64,000 nucleotides of DNA, from the NCBI GenBank assembly GCA_028534125.1, contig CM052817.1, positions 50,594,001-50,658,000 of the forward strand, read 5' to 3'. The position numbers were made by a program, and so were the translations under genes. Numbering within the stretch: the first letter of the stretch is position 1; every line of letters starts with the position of its first letter. Of the stretch, positions 39,500 through 52,560 are shown piece by piece. The notes beneath the pieces are model-generated. The model searched no databases. It saw only the letters and a program-made list of their open reading frames with translations, and was not told the origin of the DNA. The stretch comes from Lama glama (Eukaryota).

Positions 39500-39639
39500 C
39501 AGGGTCTTTGAGAATCCCTGCTCTAGGCTACCACTAGATAAAGATTAGAGGGACTATGCACCAAAGAATCTAGGTGATTAAGTGTTAGAGATTGATGACC
39601 ACACTATAATTATGAATCCAGTGTACTCTGTGGGCAAGA

Positions 39640-40103
39640 ACTGATAACAGATGCTCTGGGTTTCCAAACTATATCCCTTTGGCACTCACTGCCTTGTTAA
39701 TATAAATACTTTCAGGTTTTACTCTAAAGGCTTTTTCTGACTACAGGGGCCTGAGGCAGAGCAGGCCAGAAATGCTAGGGAATTAACTACCAATGACCCT
39801 TACCTACCAACAGCCCACAAATGAGAAATGAGAAGTGGTGAATAAATGCCCCATCTCACCCTCTCTTCCCCTTGTAAAACTCGGGGGCATATTTCTTACC
39901 CTATTCCAAAAGTGCTGAACCAGATCAGATTCTAGTTGCCTACAGTGTTAACCTGTGTATGAGAAACCTTATACTGGTTTATCCCTTCCCTTTCTTGCCT
40001 CACTGCCCCCATGCCCCTGGGATTATCACCCCTAGAAACTACTTGCATGTAAATCTGAATTTCAGAGGCAAAGTTCTCACAGTCAAAAACCTAATATAAG
40101 CCA
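39640..40103 (+). mobile_element. LTR16-like ERVL LTR
   Basis: ccagaaatgctagggaattaac...agttgcctacagtgttaacct...cccttccct...aaactacttgca...taagcca. Confidence 0.7.
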
Positions 40104-40134
40104 TACACCAGAAATGATTATCTTTTCTTTGCAG

Positions 40135-40220
40135 TAACTGTTCTCAAAGCTGGCATACTTGAGATCTTATGTGGAAAAAGATGAAAGAATAGCAAGAATT
40201 ATTAGCCCCTCAGTGAATAG
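40135..40220 (+). other. Candidate non-coding exon (86 bp)
   Basis: Acceptor tcttttctttgcag and donor AG|gtaagt; stops in all three frames. Confidence 0.3.
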
Positions 40221-41439
40221 GTAAGTTCTAAATCAAGACTGATACCTTTCTCAGACGTCTGTCTGCATATAAGTCACTATTAAAAAGTGTTTTGAGAAAG
40301 TGGTAGAAAAAATTAGTATGCTGAATCATTGCATTTCATGCTCTGAATGTATTGTCTAGTTGTCATCAATATTTGTTTTAGCACCATAATAATAGACAAT
40401 GTCTCCCATAAGCATTTATGTCTTTCAACTTGATTTTCATAGGGTTATTGCTCAGACAAACTGACTTTGCTATTTTTCACTGAGCCTGTCAGTATAAACA
40501 AACTTCTTTTGAGTTTAGTATTTTATTGGATTCCTCTGAAGACAGTTATATTGATATTTTAATCTAAGGTGCTTTTTTTCATTTTGGAATAGTCAGTTTA
40601 TACTATCCAGTGTTTGTGAAGGAAATTTAGGTTGATTTATTGCTCTTTCTGAAATGTAAGTGATGCCATTTGGTTCTCTGACTAGACAAATAATATGAAT
40701 AAAAACATCACTTGAATTCCATTCTGACTTTTTTACTGATTTATAAATCTAAGTACAAGCTATTATTAAGTTTTATATGTCTCAGTTTATCTATATGCCA
40801 AGTGGAGACATAGTCTTTACCCTCCATTTTTAGTATCAGTATATGATGAAAAGATCATGGGATGATTTGTCAGAAAATAATGTCGAAAATGATTTGTCTA
40901 CTTAATCAACCAGCAGTTTTAAGTAGTTAAATTTTTCATTTTGCTTATACATTTCCCTCTCTAAAATTCTAGTAAGAGAGATAGAAATGAACTTTAGGGA
41001 AGGCATTCTATGACTAGGGTGTGGTGGGGTAGGGAGTTTTACAAAGTTTGGCTTCACCCGACTCTCCTTTCTATTAGCCATGAGATACCTAAAGGGCTCA
41101 GCCCTGGTGGGTGCTGCTCCAACTGGCCATCTCTTCACATCTCCTATTTTTCAGGACTGCTGTTTTCACTTTTGCTAACATTTTGGTCACCCACAATAAA
41201 GTGACAGCTGCTTCCGTAGTGCCATGATAAGCAGAGATATTGCTTAACTCCAGGGAGACATATCTTTCTGACTACATTGTAGTCTACATGGTTGGGTTCG
41301 GAACCCCTGTGCTGAGCAACAGGACAGTGCAAAACAAGCACTCTTTTCTGGGTGCTGGGGCTGAAGGGCTTATTCACCTCTCCCTCCATGGACCTCTAAG
41401 CCATTGTTATGGTGGTTGATGATTAATAATTCTAAATGC

Positions 41440-41790
41440 TAGAAAGGATTCAGTATTTCCCATATGCCAAGCAATGTGTTCTGAGAAGTGTTATTATATT
41501 CCCATTTAAGAAATGAAGACATTGAGGTCCATACCTGAAGCTTAATTTACAGCCGCCCAGCCCTTAACTGCCTTAGACTGAGAAAGAGATGGACATAATT
41601 TAAATCCTGTTTTCCCGCTTACCAGCTCAGCAGCCAAAAGCACGTTTCGTAATCACTGTGAACCTCATCTGCCAGTTCTGAAGTTTGGGTCTAAGGGTAG
41701 CTGCCCTATATGGCTTAGGGAAGTTTGGTGAGGCCAAATGAACAAATCATAACAGGATGACATATGTTATAAAAAATAAAGCACCTCCTA
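41440..41790. mobile_element. Two adjacent MIR fragments (minus, then plus)
   Basis: ttcccatttaagaaatgaagacattgagg (minus) and aaatcctgttttcccgcttaccagct...ctgtgaacctc (plus). Confidence 0.5.
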
Positions 41791-42098
41791 TAATAAATTA
41801 TAATTTTATATTAATTATTCACACTTGTTGATTTAAAGGAGCATAGCCATATTTCTTTCTTACCCAGAAATCTCCATAGACAGAACATCTTAATGTATTA
41901 TATCCAATGGCAATTTCAGTTTTATGAGTTGAGATAATCGAGCAGTTCACCAGCCTCATGCTCTCTTTCCTCTACTTCTTTTACACATACTATACCAATC
42001 AATATTGACTTTTTAAATAACCAAGATCAAAATAGTAAATCTCTGGCTAGCAAGGTCTTTGAGAATCTCCAGTTTTATGAAAGAGCAAAGCCATTTGC

Positions 42099-42417
42099 TT
42101 TTTTTTTTTTTTTGATTCCTTTTTTTTTTTTTTTGTATTCAAGTATAATCAGTTACAATGTGTCAATTTCTGGTATACAGCACAATATCCCAGTCATGCA
42201 TATACACACATATATTCATTTTCATATTCTTTTTCATTAAAGGTTATTATAAGATATTGAATATAGTTCCCTGTGCTGTACAGAAGAATTTTTTAAATCT
42301 ATTTTTATATGTGATGGCTTACATTTGCAAATCTCAAACTCCCAAATTTATTCCTTCCCACCCCCTTTCCCCCAGTAACCATAAGATTGTTTACTATGTC
42401 TGTGAATCTGTTTCTGT
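42099..42417 (-). mobile_element. Young lineage-specific L1 3' end (camelid L1-like) with poly(A) tail
   Basis: Long poly(T), then aagatattgaatatagttccctgtgctgtacagaagaa...catttgcaaatctcaaactcccaaattt...gtaaccataagattgtttactatgtctgtga. Confidence 0.85.
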
Positions 42418-42853
42418 AAGTCAGTTCTCTTTAACTGAGAAGTTTGTTGGGAAAGGTAATTTTGAATGTTGAGAGAAAAAAACTGGTGATTTTTTTTTAT
42501 GTTTCAGAATTTATATTTTTAACTTTTTTAATTTTTAAAAAATTTTATAGATTTAATGAAGTTGGAACAGCACTTAGAAGGAAAGGTACTATTCTTTATC
42601 CACTGATACATCTGTTTTATTCTAAACTTACGTGAGATAAGACCTCTTTTCTTAACATGAACTTTTATTTTTTTAAATAAAATAATATTTAAAGAATACC
42701 CCTGAGAGACAGAGTTCATAAAGCTTAGTTTTCCTGAGCAGATCTTCAAAGAGGACAGGCATTTTCATGTAAATGGATATGAGATGGGTCCTTGGAGAAG
42801 AGTTTCTATGGAGGTTCATTTCATTTTTAAAAAGTTAAAGGAGGGTGATTGTG

Positions 42854-43761
42854 TGTGATGATTAATTATATATATTCACTTGGTTAGGCCACAGTACCCA
42901 GATATTTAGTCAACCACCGATTTCAATGTTACTGTAAAGGTATTTTTTAGAGAGATTAACATTTACATCAGTAGACTGAGTAAAACAGACTACTTCCCAT
43001 AGTATGAGTGGGCCTCATTGAGTCAGTTGAAAGGTTTAAGAGAAAAAAGACTGAGATCTCCCATGGATGAGTGAATTCTGTTCCAGACTGCCTCCAGACC
43101 CAACATCAACTATTCCCTGGGTCTCCAGCCTATTGGCCTACTCTGGATTTCCCAGCTTCCAAAATCACATGATCTAACTTCTTAAAATAACAACCTCAGT
43201 GTCCATCAACAGATGAATGCATAAAGAAGATGTACAAAGGAATACTACTCAACCATAAAAAAGAATGAAATAATGCCATTTGTAGCAACATGGATGGACC
43301 TAGAGATTATTATATTAAGTAAAGTAAGTCAGACAGAGAAAGAAAAATATCATATGATGTCACTTATATGTGGAATCTAAAAAAAGATACAAATTTTATT
43401 TACAAACCAGAAATAGACTCACAGACATAGAAAACAAACTGTGCTTACCAAGGGGGAAAGGGGGTAGGAAGGGATAGTTTAAGAGTTTGTGATTAACAGA
43501 CACACATTACTGTATACAAAATAGGTAAACAACAAGGACCTACTGTAGAGCACAGGGACTATTTCAATTTCTTGTAAATAGAAAAGAAACTGAAAACATA
43601 CGTATGTATGTATATGTGTAACTGAATTGCTTTGCTGTACACCTGAAACTATCATTGTAAATCAACTAGACTTTAATGAAAATAAGAATAAAAATAAATC
43701 TTTGTGTATCTCTGTACTTGTATTATTGGTTCTGTTTCTCTGGATTACTCTGACTAATACA
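42854..43761 (+). mobile_element. MLT2B-like ERVL LTR, split by an L1
   Basis: Starts tgtgatgattaat...ggccacagtacccagatattt and ends tattggttctgtttctctgga...ctgactaataca. Confidence 0.88.
43191..43690 (+). mobile_element. Cetartiodactyl-type L1 3' end
   Basis: gcaacatggatggacctagagatt...aacaacaaggacctactgtagagcacaggg...ctttgctgtacacctgaaact. TSD aaaataa (43184-43190 and 43691-43697) at a TT/AAAA site. Confidence 0.9.
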
Positions 43762-46700
43762 CTGTCTTGTCCACCCTTTATAGCTCTCAGGAGCACACAG
43801 TAGGTGCTCAGCAAGTAAAAATGATGAACAGCAAGTGCTTTAAAGCTGACACTCAGAAACAAAATCTCTCCCACCAAACATATATAGGAAGCACATCTCT
43901 TCAGGAGTTCTTACACAGGTTCAGCAGGAGCCCCCAATCTCCCCTTGCTTTTCTTTGGATACACTCTGATGCTTTTTTATTCAAGTAATTGTTTTCAACC
44001 CTGACCTTGATCTCCTGACTTCTCAAGAAGTTAAACCTAGCCTTTTCCAACTCTTGCCCTTCCTTCTTTCTTCTTTCTTTTCCACTTTCTAACCCCAAAG
44101 GGCATCTGATCTATTCCTGGCTGTACCTTCTGAAATCTATGAACTATGAAATTACATAATTAATAGACAGTTGAATAAGTAGTAGAGAGCCAGAAAGTCC
44201 ACACTGTAGTCTCTTCTGTCCCCTCAACCCCAGCTTCCCCTTGGACAAACACAGTTATGGAAGCAGATACAAAGGCAATTAGCTTTAAAAACTCTGGCAT
44301 ACAGGAAGTCCCCATACAATAGCTTGGAAGGAGTGGTGTGTATTACAAAGCTTTGTAAGTATTCACTGCCATCTGCTCCTATAAGGACTGTCAGTTCTGC
44401 ATCAGTCCCTCTCTCTCCCCTACCCTTCTCCTACACACCATAGGGGCGTCCTGCATTATCCTTGGAACAGCCATCATCTGGCAGCTTTTTTAACATATGT
44501 GCAGCAAATATTGCTGCTTTAAGCAGCTCATCAGCTCAGAAGCCCCCTAAAATGCAGAAAACATACTTTATTTTTCCATGTGGTATGCTGGCAATAACAT
44601 GAGCCTTTCTGTATTTTCTTCAAACAAGAATATTCCTTTTGACCAGTCTTAAGGTCCATACCTCCTTTCATCCATGTGCGGGGCATGGGTGCCTAGGGTA
44701 GGATAGGAAAAGTCATTTCAGCTGGGTTCACATTCACAGCATTCTCATTTAAAACTAACAGGTTTATTTTTAAAAATAAAAGATTTACACATTTGCCTCA
44801 AAGATTACCTGGTGCTTATAATAGTTCACAGTACTATCTGTACAGTCCAAAAGGGGGGTTTGGAGGTAACATGTTTAGCCATTTCCTGAAGGATGACAGA
44901 TAGAAAAGGAAAGACAGTGTGAGAAGAAACATGGGTCCTTACCTTATTTTCATGACATTTTCATATTTGAAGATTGTGTAAGAGCTAATTCTGGGGTCAT
45001 CCTTGGAACAAAGAATAAATACCTGAACACCCACATTGTGGTATATACCTGAAATTAGAATTATTACACATAGCAAAAAATGAAGAGGTTCACTGATTTG
45101 AATGGTGCTAAATGATATGAGAAAAAAAATATGTGTGAGGGCACTCTACATATCACTCCAAGAACAGAAGGCTGATGGATATCCTCTCTATCCATGTTTT
45201 TGCAGAAGCCAAATAGAGATTTGGTTGTTTTGTATGGTGTCAGAGTAAACTGTTACCACACAGTGTGGAAGCTCCCTAACGTACATGGCCATTGGTCAGA
45301 ATGGAAAGTCTAAACAAAGAAAGGCCTTTTCCCAGATTGCTTATTATTTTATGTTTAAATTTCTGTTTTTGATTTTCTAATATTTCTTTCATTAATGAGC
45401 AACATAAAGCTAGAAGAATCTTCTTAATGTGATGACAAAAACTGGTTTGGGCATGGAAAAGCCTAGTTTTATTTCAGTCATCATTTAGTTAGTTAATTTG
45501 CTTTGTTAAAAGACAATATTCAAATAGAAAAATAGATAGAACATTTTATCCTGTTGATTTCATGTCTACTATTGTTGATAATGAGCCAATGGCTATCTAA
45601 ATATTTTTATTTTCAGAAATCAATGTAAAAACTTACTGAATTTTACGTATGAAATATAATTATATATTAAGTTTGCAATTAGCTTGAACTTCTCTGGTCA
45701 AAAGTATAACAAGGAAATTTCCTAAAAGGAGATAGATTTTATATATATATATATATAATCTTACTTTTCAGTTAATCTTCTTACAAATTAGGCACTAAGA
45801 AATTGAGGAACTATTATTTAGATGCTTATCTTGACCTGCAGTCCCTGGATTTCTCTTTTTCCTCTTTGTTCAGCCCTTTTAGCTTTACTTTCCTCTCAGA
45901 ATCTCTGGACACTATTGTTAGTCTTTGCTAGTAAGTAAGCTGAATTATTTCAGAGATTTGTCCAAGTTATGGTGAGTCCCATCACTTCTTTCATTGTCAA
46001 TGAATAAAATCTAAGTTCAAGGAATTCAGATGTTTAGCTTAAATTTAAAAAGCCCAGAAGTTCCTTTGAGACAGTGGCATGTATGAAAAGTACACATACA
46101 CAGGCAGGTGTATGTGACTCTTCCAAGAGAAATGAGTGTGAGATAAGGATACAGAATGAATCTGTGCTGTTTGGAGGTGGCCAGAGGATAACTGTATAAT
46201 CTTTTCAGGGCAGAAGAAAGCAAAGGCCAGGGCAAAGGAACAGCTGAAGGTGTAAGAATGAGAACAATGGGAAGACGAGGAGCCCAGAGAGTCAGGAGGT
46301 AATCAATGGGACTTAAACATGCATAAAAATTAGTTTTGCTGATGGGGGAAATGGAGGGTTCCTGAAAGCAGAGGAGTATTGAGAGGAAGAATGTAGAGAA
46401 AGTCAAAGGAATTCATGTGAAAAAATATCCCCACCCCCCAAAAAGAAGAGGGTAAACTGAAGAACAAAACTGCAGGGGAAAAGAGTGTAGAAAGTTTAAA
46501 GAATGAACGAAAGGGGGAGAGCTTCCGTCAGACACGAGAGATGTCAAGGTGAGGAAAATGCATAATTTCTAAGAATTCTGAGGTTGTGGCTGAGGATAGA
46601 CAAACATGGAGTGCACTCATTTCATCTGACCCGTTTTCTGAGTCTCTTAGTTATCCTGTTTGGGTCTGGAGTTGGAGTAGGTGAGTAGGTAAGGAAGGTA

Positions 46701-48559
46701 AAGAAAAGCAGCAATTACTGATATTCCCCAAGTTCTAGGTGCTGACGGGTGACCTCACTGCTTTAATCAGTCAAGATGCTGGACTTATTTATGGTTGAGG
46801 ATTGGCACTAGGAGGATCCTTGGGAGGAATTCAGGTGAATTCAGGTGATGAGTCAATGATTGACAGGGGCTCCAGGGTACATGGGGAGCCAGTGAAACCC
46901 CTAACTGGGGGTAAACAGAGGCCAAGGAGCTAGAGGTCCTGGTGAAGCTAGAAGGAGGGGTCAAAATAGGAGTATGTGAGAAAAAAGAAGGTTGTGATCA
47001 AGAGGGAGATTCAATCTTGGGCTTGGATTATTTTATACAGACGAAGTAGTCTGGAAGGTCTTGCTCATTGAAAGTTAAAGTAGAGGGAAATAGACTTGAG
47101 AAGGCCAGAGAGCTCTGACTTGGCTTTGACTTTTTCAAAATCTAAGAATCTTTTTTTCCCTGTCAAATGACTTGAATAAATTTTTGAAATTAGCTAAAAT
47201 CCAAAGAAACAGCTAATTTGGTATGATTCGGAGATTCCTGGGTTGTGTTTCCAAATCTCTCCTAAAGGACAGTGTTCTAAATTAATCTTATGCTTAAAAC
47301 TTAGTGTTACAACTGCAAATAGAGATCCCAGTGTATTCACAGCCAAAACTCATCATCAAATTGTTTAAGTGGCATTTGCAGCCATTCATCTGCAATTTCT
47401 AAAGCCTGTGAGGAATAAAAAAGCACAGTATGCATTTGCTCACTTCATATCTTTACTTGAACGTCCCAGTAAGTAAGTCCCAGTAATACAGACAAATGCA
47501 TACTAAAATTAGAAATAAAAACACAGGCAAAAACCCATGAATTTCGGCCTTCTTGTGAATTTTGCTAGTGGATTTTGTTTTTATCTGGGACCAGTAAACT
47601 GGTTCCACCAGAATAGCTCCCATCTTCTAGATCACATCCCTGTAATTCTACTTCTTTTCCCATCTTGTTCCCATTTCCCTGTGTTTCACTTATATTCTTT
47701 AGAACTGAGTCCGTCTTACTTTACTTTACCCAAATAGCCCACCGAAATACGGATTGGTGGGACTTGGTATATAATTATGTTTTTTCTGGTTTATTAAATT
47801 TTTCATATTACTATTTTCTTTGGCAATTCAAGAGGAAACAACTCTTGTAAAGGGCAGTTTAAGAATTCTTCAGTGCTTTAGCTTCGGGCTTTTATTTGAT
47901 ATTTTTAAGCTTGTATACGCATAAAGATGTTAACGCCAATTAGTGGAAAATAGCCTTTGAGATTTCCTACTGTTTCCAGTCGTTTTTTGAGTCAGGTATA
48001 TTGGAGATGGAAATAATATATTTAGTACTTTTATGGCCTCCGTAACATACTTGCTTTCAGAGACCCATCCTAAGAGCCCAGTTTTGTTTAGCTTCCTCTA
48101 CATTTAATCAGTCCAGCGTTGAGTACCTTAATCACACTGATGTAGCCTCATCCCAGGGGACCTCCTTTCTTCATCAGCAGATGTAATAAAACAATGAGAA
48201 AGGAAGTACCAGTAAGGAAGGTGGTTTGAAGTAATAACAAATGAATGGGCAGTTTGCTAAGTGAGGCTGAGATGATAAGTGATTTGTGGTGAAGAGGAAC
48301 TCCACCAGTGGAATCTTATAACCGTGAAGCAGTTGTACCATAGACGGGTATCATGTGCCCGCCATTCGAGAAGTTGCGATGATGCCAGAAATGAGTACAG
48401 GTGCAGAGGGCTAAGATGAAAGATAAAAAGAAACCTGGGTAAGATATTTTTAAAAAATAAAAGAAACAGAAAACTTGAGGGTAAGCCCTTAAAATGCATA
48501 AAGGGATTTTCTAATGTCCTACAATAATATTTCAGAACCCAGTAATACCTTTTTTCCCA

Positions 48560-48899
48560 ATTTTTTATGTTGTTAGAAAATTTTTAAAGGTTACTTTCCA
48601 TTTACAGTTATTACAAAATATTGGCTATATTCCGCATGGTGTACAATAGATCCTTGTAGCTAATTTTATACCTAATAGTTTTTACCTCTGACTCCTCTAC
48701 CCCATATTGCCCCTCCCCCTTCCTTGTCCCCGCTGGCAGATATCTGTATCTGTGAGTCTGCTTCTTTTTTGTTATATTCACTAGTTGGTTGTATTTTTTA
48801 GGATTCCACAACTAAGAGATATATAGTATTTGTATTTCTCTGTCTCAGTTATTTCACTGAGCATAATGCCCTCCAAATCCATCCATGTTGCTGGCAAAT
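48560..48899 (-). mobile_element. L1 3' end (laurasiatherian/cetartiodactyl type)
   Basis: tacagttattacaaaatattggctatattcc...tgtatctgtgagtctg...catccatgttgctg. Confidence 0.85.
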
Positions 48900-49084
48900 C
48901 AGACCAGAATTAGTAATTCTTAATTTCCACTTGTATACTGTCTTTCTTTTTTCTTTGAGTGCGTTTCCTTGAAGTATTAAAATATTTTGGTGCAGCCAAA
49001 TATTTCGTGCAGCCACAGAAATGAAAGAGAGTTTTTAGAAGGCTATGCAACAGAAGAATATTAGCATACTAACTAGATAATTTG

Positions 49085-49190
49085 TACGGTCAGGTGAGAA
49101 TGCAGATTCTGATTCAGTAGGTCTGGGGCTGGGCCCAAGGTTTAGCATTTCTCACAAATTTCCAGGTGAGGTTGCAACTGCTGGTCACTA
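49085..49190. mobile_element. MER5A fragment (hAT-Charlie)
   Basis: aatgcagattctgattcagtaggtctgggg...gcatttctcacaa...ccaggtga. Confidence 0.8.
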
Positions 49191-50764
49191 AGTAGATGTC
49201 ACTTCCACTCTTTCCTTGCTGTTTTCATTTATCTACTAGTGCCTCCTGAGCTATCAGATCAATTGGAAAACCAGAAATATCTCTGGATCACTAGTCTTTA
49301 CCTCTATATACCGAGAGAGTTTTCTCAAAAAGTGTTTGGTATGTAATTGATAGGTGTCCTTTAGTCCAGCAGTTTGGTGACTTGTTCTCTACAGGATGAT
49401 CTTATGAATATCATTTTATTGTGATAGGCCACGTAATAATAACAGAATCAATACTGAGAGGGTGTCAGGACACTTGTGTCATATTTTATGATATGTATCT
49501 CTGCATCTAACTGGTTATGTTAGACTAATAATCTTTCAGTACCTTCTTAACTTGGTGATTTAAAGCCAGTGAGCACAAGATGTCATTCCCTGGTATTCAT
49601 TGGCTTTGAATGATAAGTACAAGTCTGCCTGCATGTCTCTCTGCTGAGGTTGCTTCTTCCAGTGGGGAGATGCCTCTTCAAGACTGCTTTATATCCTAAA
49701 TATTTTTAATTCACCTTAAAACTACTTTTTTTCCTGTCTTTCAATTCAGGTCTATTTTAAGAGGAGAGACCACACCCACAGGTTCCCTGATGATTAATTA
49801 ATTTCTCTGCTCAGATTTTTGTTACGCAACCTAGCTAGGTCGCTCTGCTACAGGGAGGCTTACAAGATAAATTGCCTCCCTTTGGCTGTGTCATTCTCTT
49901 CAATTACACAAACAGCAGCCAGAGAATCTGGAAGAGATGAGGACTACAAGAATACTGGGAGATGCTAACGATTAGCACTTGCATTATTAGTCTCTGGAAG
50001 TTATTAAAGCTCAGAGTGCCTCATGGCATTGTCAGAATAGCAGAATGACACAGAAGCAGGCAGCAGTCAGGCGGCATCATTCAGCTGCCCAAGATAATGC
50101 TCTCCCCGTGCACAGGGCTGTTTGCCCCCTCGAGTCCCATGATCCACCCAGGAATCAACAGACCCTGCCTGGCCATGATGGGTTTAGCTGTATCTAATCA
50201 GTCTGGAGGGCTGATAGCTGTGAAAACCCTTGTTACCCTGGGAGGGATGCCTATCTTTCTTTAATAAAACAGAATGTAGTTACAGTACCACTCGTTTCCT
50301 AAAGCACTCTCTTTGTATTATTAATTTTTGGAAAGTGCAAGTTTGGGAAAGTCTTTAGAGACGCCAAGCTTATCAACTCTATTCATCTTCTGAGTGAATA
50401 CATTTCTCTATGAAAATAATGCTCTTGGAATGCTATTTTGTTTGTGGTTCTCCAAGGAGAGAGTGTTCGTTCTATCTCTCTGCCTATTCTGCTCCATTTA
50501 AGAGTGAAGTTCATAATGATAAGAGTGTCAAAAGGAAAGAAAACATCCTGAGACATCATGGACTGAAGCATCTGGGAGGGGTGAAAATTTGCCAGTAAAA
50601 CCTTTTGTACTATGGTGCAGACACTCTTGAGCAACTTTTTGGAGACACAGGATTCACTGCTAGAAAAGAGTGGAAGTTTATTGACAAAATGTAGGTAAAA
50701 AGCAGAGCAATCCACATACCAGGGGGTTTGTGCATTTCAAGATAGAGAAGTGAAAGGCAGATGC

Positions 50765-51590
50765 TGGTGTAGCACACACGATTTAAAATAGAGCTGTGGC
50801 TTTGAAGTTGGACACATCTTCCCTAAAACACGAATCTGCTTGGCTACCTTGGGCACGTTCCTTTCTATTTTCCTTTTATTTTTTCACTTGTGAAATGAGA
50901 GGTAATGATATCTTATGCATAGTGTTGTTGAAAGGATCATATCAGATTGGTATAAGTTCATTTCCTAGTATATAATACATGACCCACCAATGTCAGCTTT
51001 GCTAACATTCTTTCATAGGCAGTGTTCACTGTTTCTTCCTTCATTTCTATCTTTTTTATCGTTCTTATGACATTTCATTGAAATTATTTGCATTCAAGGC
51101 TGTTTAGGTTTTGATTTTCTCTTGGACAGGGACCATGTCTTATGATACTAAGATCACTAAGTTTGAGGTCAAAATCCATTCAACTACTAAAAGTTTTTCA
51201 CTAGTGAAGATGGGGTGGTAATACTTCTCAAAGTAGCCACGAAGATTGAATGGGAAACCACAATAGGTACCCTCCCTCGGCACAGTACTTGTTGGCACAG
51301 AGTGGCCTCTAAGAAGATATTAGTTCCGCTCTTCCTTTCTTTTGAACAGTTAGTACCTGAAAGTTTCTGATACCATATTTCGTATGTATAATACCATTGT
51401 TTAGTGAATGAGGGAATCTATGAATAAGTAAGTGTGTGAATGTGTGAGTAAAATAGAGCACTGGATGAGATTTTGGTTCTAATTTTGCCTTTGACTTGAA
51501 CTATGTAGCTGTGACCTTGAGAATGCACTTCTACTCCAGGTCCTAGTGTCTGTCATTGTAAAGGAGGAATTGAGTTGAATGGACTGCACA
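50765..51590 (+). mobile_element. Cluster of MIR (about three pieces) and L2 fragments
   Basis: MIR-like text at ~50765-51000, ~51165-51325 and ~51450-51590, plus an L2 tail gtgaatgagggaat. Confidence 0.55.
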
Positions 51591-52030
51591 ATATATTGTC
51601 TTTTTTCCTGGGTTTAAGCTACCTGACACAAAAATCTGAGATTTTGTCAAGATCTAAAGCTTTTGATTCATATGAAACCTTATCTTCTAGTAACACAAAA
51701 GTTCCATGGTGAATGAATGACAGAGCATGTTTTTCTCTAACTTACTAAGTATGGTAGGAGTGATTGCAAAACAAGAAGAGGTCCTTGAAAGATACCCACT
51801 ATGATGGCTTTATTTACCTGTTTAATGCCAACAATTAGTTTTGGATAATGGAGAACAAGACAGTTGCATATCAGTCTAAAACATTTCAGACTTACTTAAA
51901 GTCCTTTTTCTTTGAAGCATCTCTTGATAGTGAAGAATGTCTAAGGCCTTAGGATGCAAAAACATACCTTGGCTCCTTCTTCATACTTTGGCTCCTTCTT
52001 CTGCACAGCAACACACAGATGTGATTTGGG

Positions 52031-52199
52031 GGCTAGTTCTGAAAATGTGGTCCCTGAACTGGCAGCTTTAACAACAACTGGAAACTTGTTATAAATGCAG
52101 AGTCTCAGGCCCCACCCCAGACCTTCTGAATCAGAACCTATGTGGGTGGATCCAGTGTTCTGGGTGATTCTGATGTACACGAAAGTTTGAGAAGCACTG
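52031..52199. mobile_element. MER5A (hAT-Charlie MITE)
   Basis: gttctgaaaatgtggtccc...aaatgcagagtctcaggccccaccccagacct...aagtttgagaagcactg. Confidence 0.88.
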
Positions 52200-52451
52200 T
52201 TTTCAGGAAAACAAAATCTTAAAATGCTGACTATTCTTCTGAACCTCGGCTTATTGGCCATTCAGAATTAATCTCAATGAAGTTCTTTCTCATAAAATGA
52301 AACATATTTCAACATTTCAATATATAATATGTATAAATGCTCACATGTTCAAAGAATATCTATGTTCTTCTACTTTCTAAACCTAACAATGAGCCTACAC
52401 CTTTATTAGAGAACAGTGAAGTCCTGATTTGAAGAGCAGGAAGGTCATTTA

Positions 52452-52560
52452 TTTATTAGTATAAATGGTTAATTATATAATTAATTATATAATAAAATTA
52501 GTATAAATTTATTAGTATAAATTATTAGTATATATAAATTATACTATTATTAGTATAAAT
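52452..52560. repeat. AT-rich degenerate tandem repeat (ttattagtataaa units)
   Basis: Read directly; bounded on both sides by tattattagtataaat. Confidence 0.85.
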
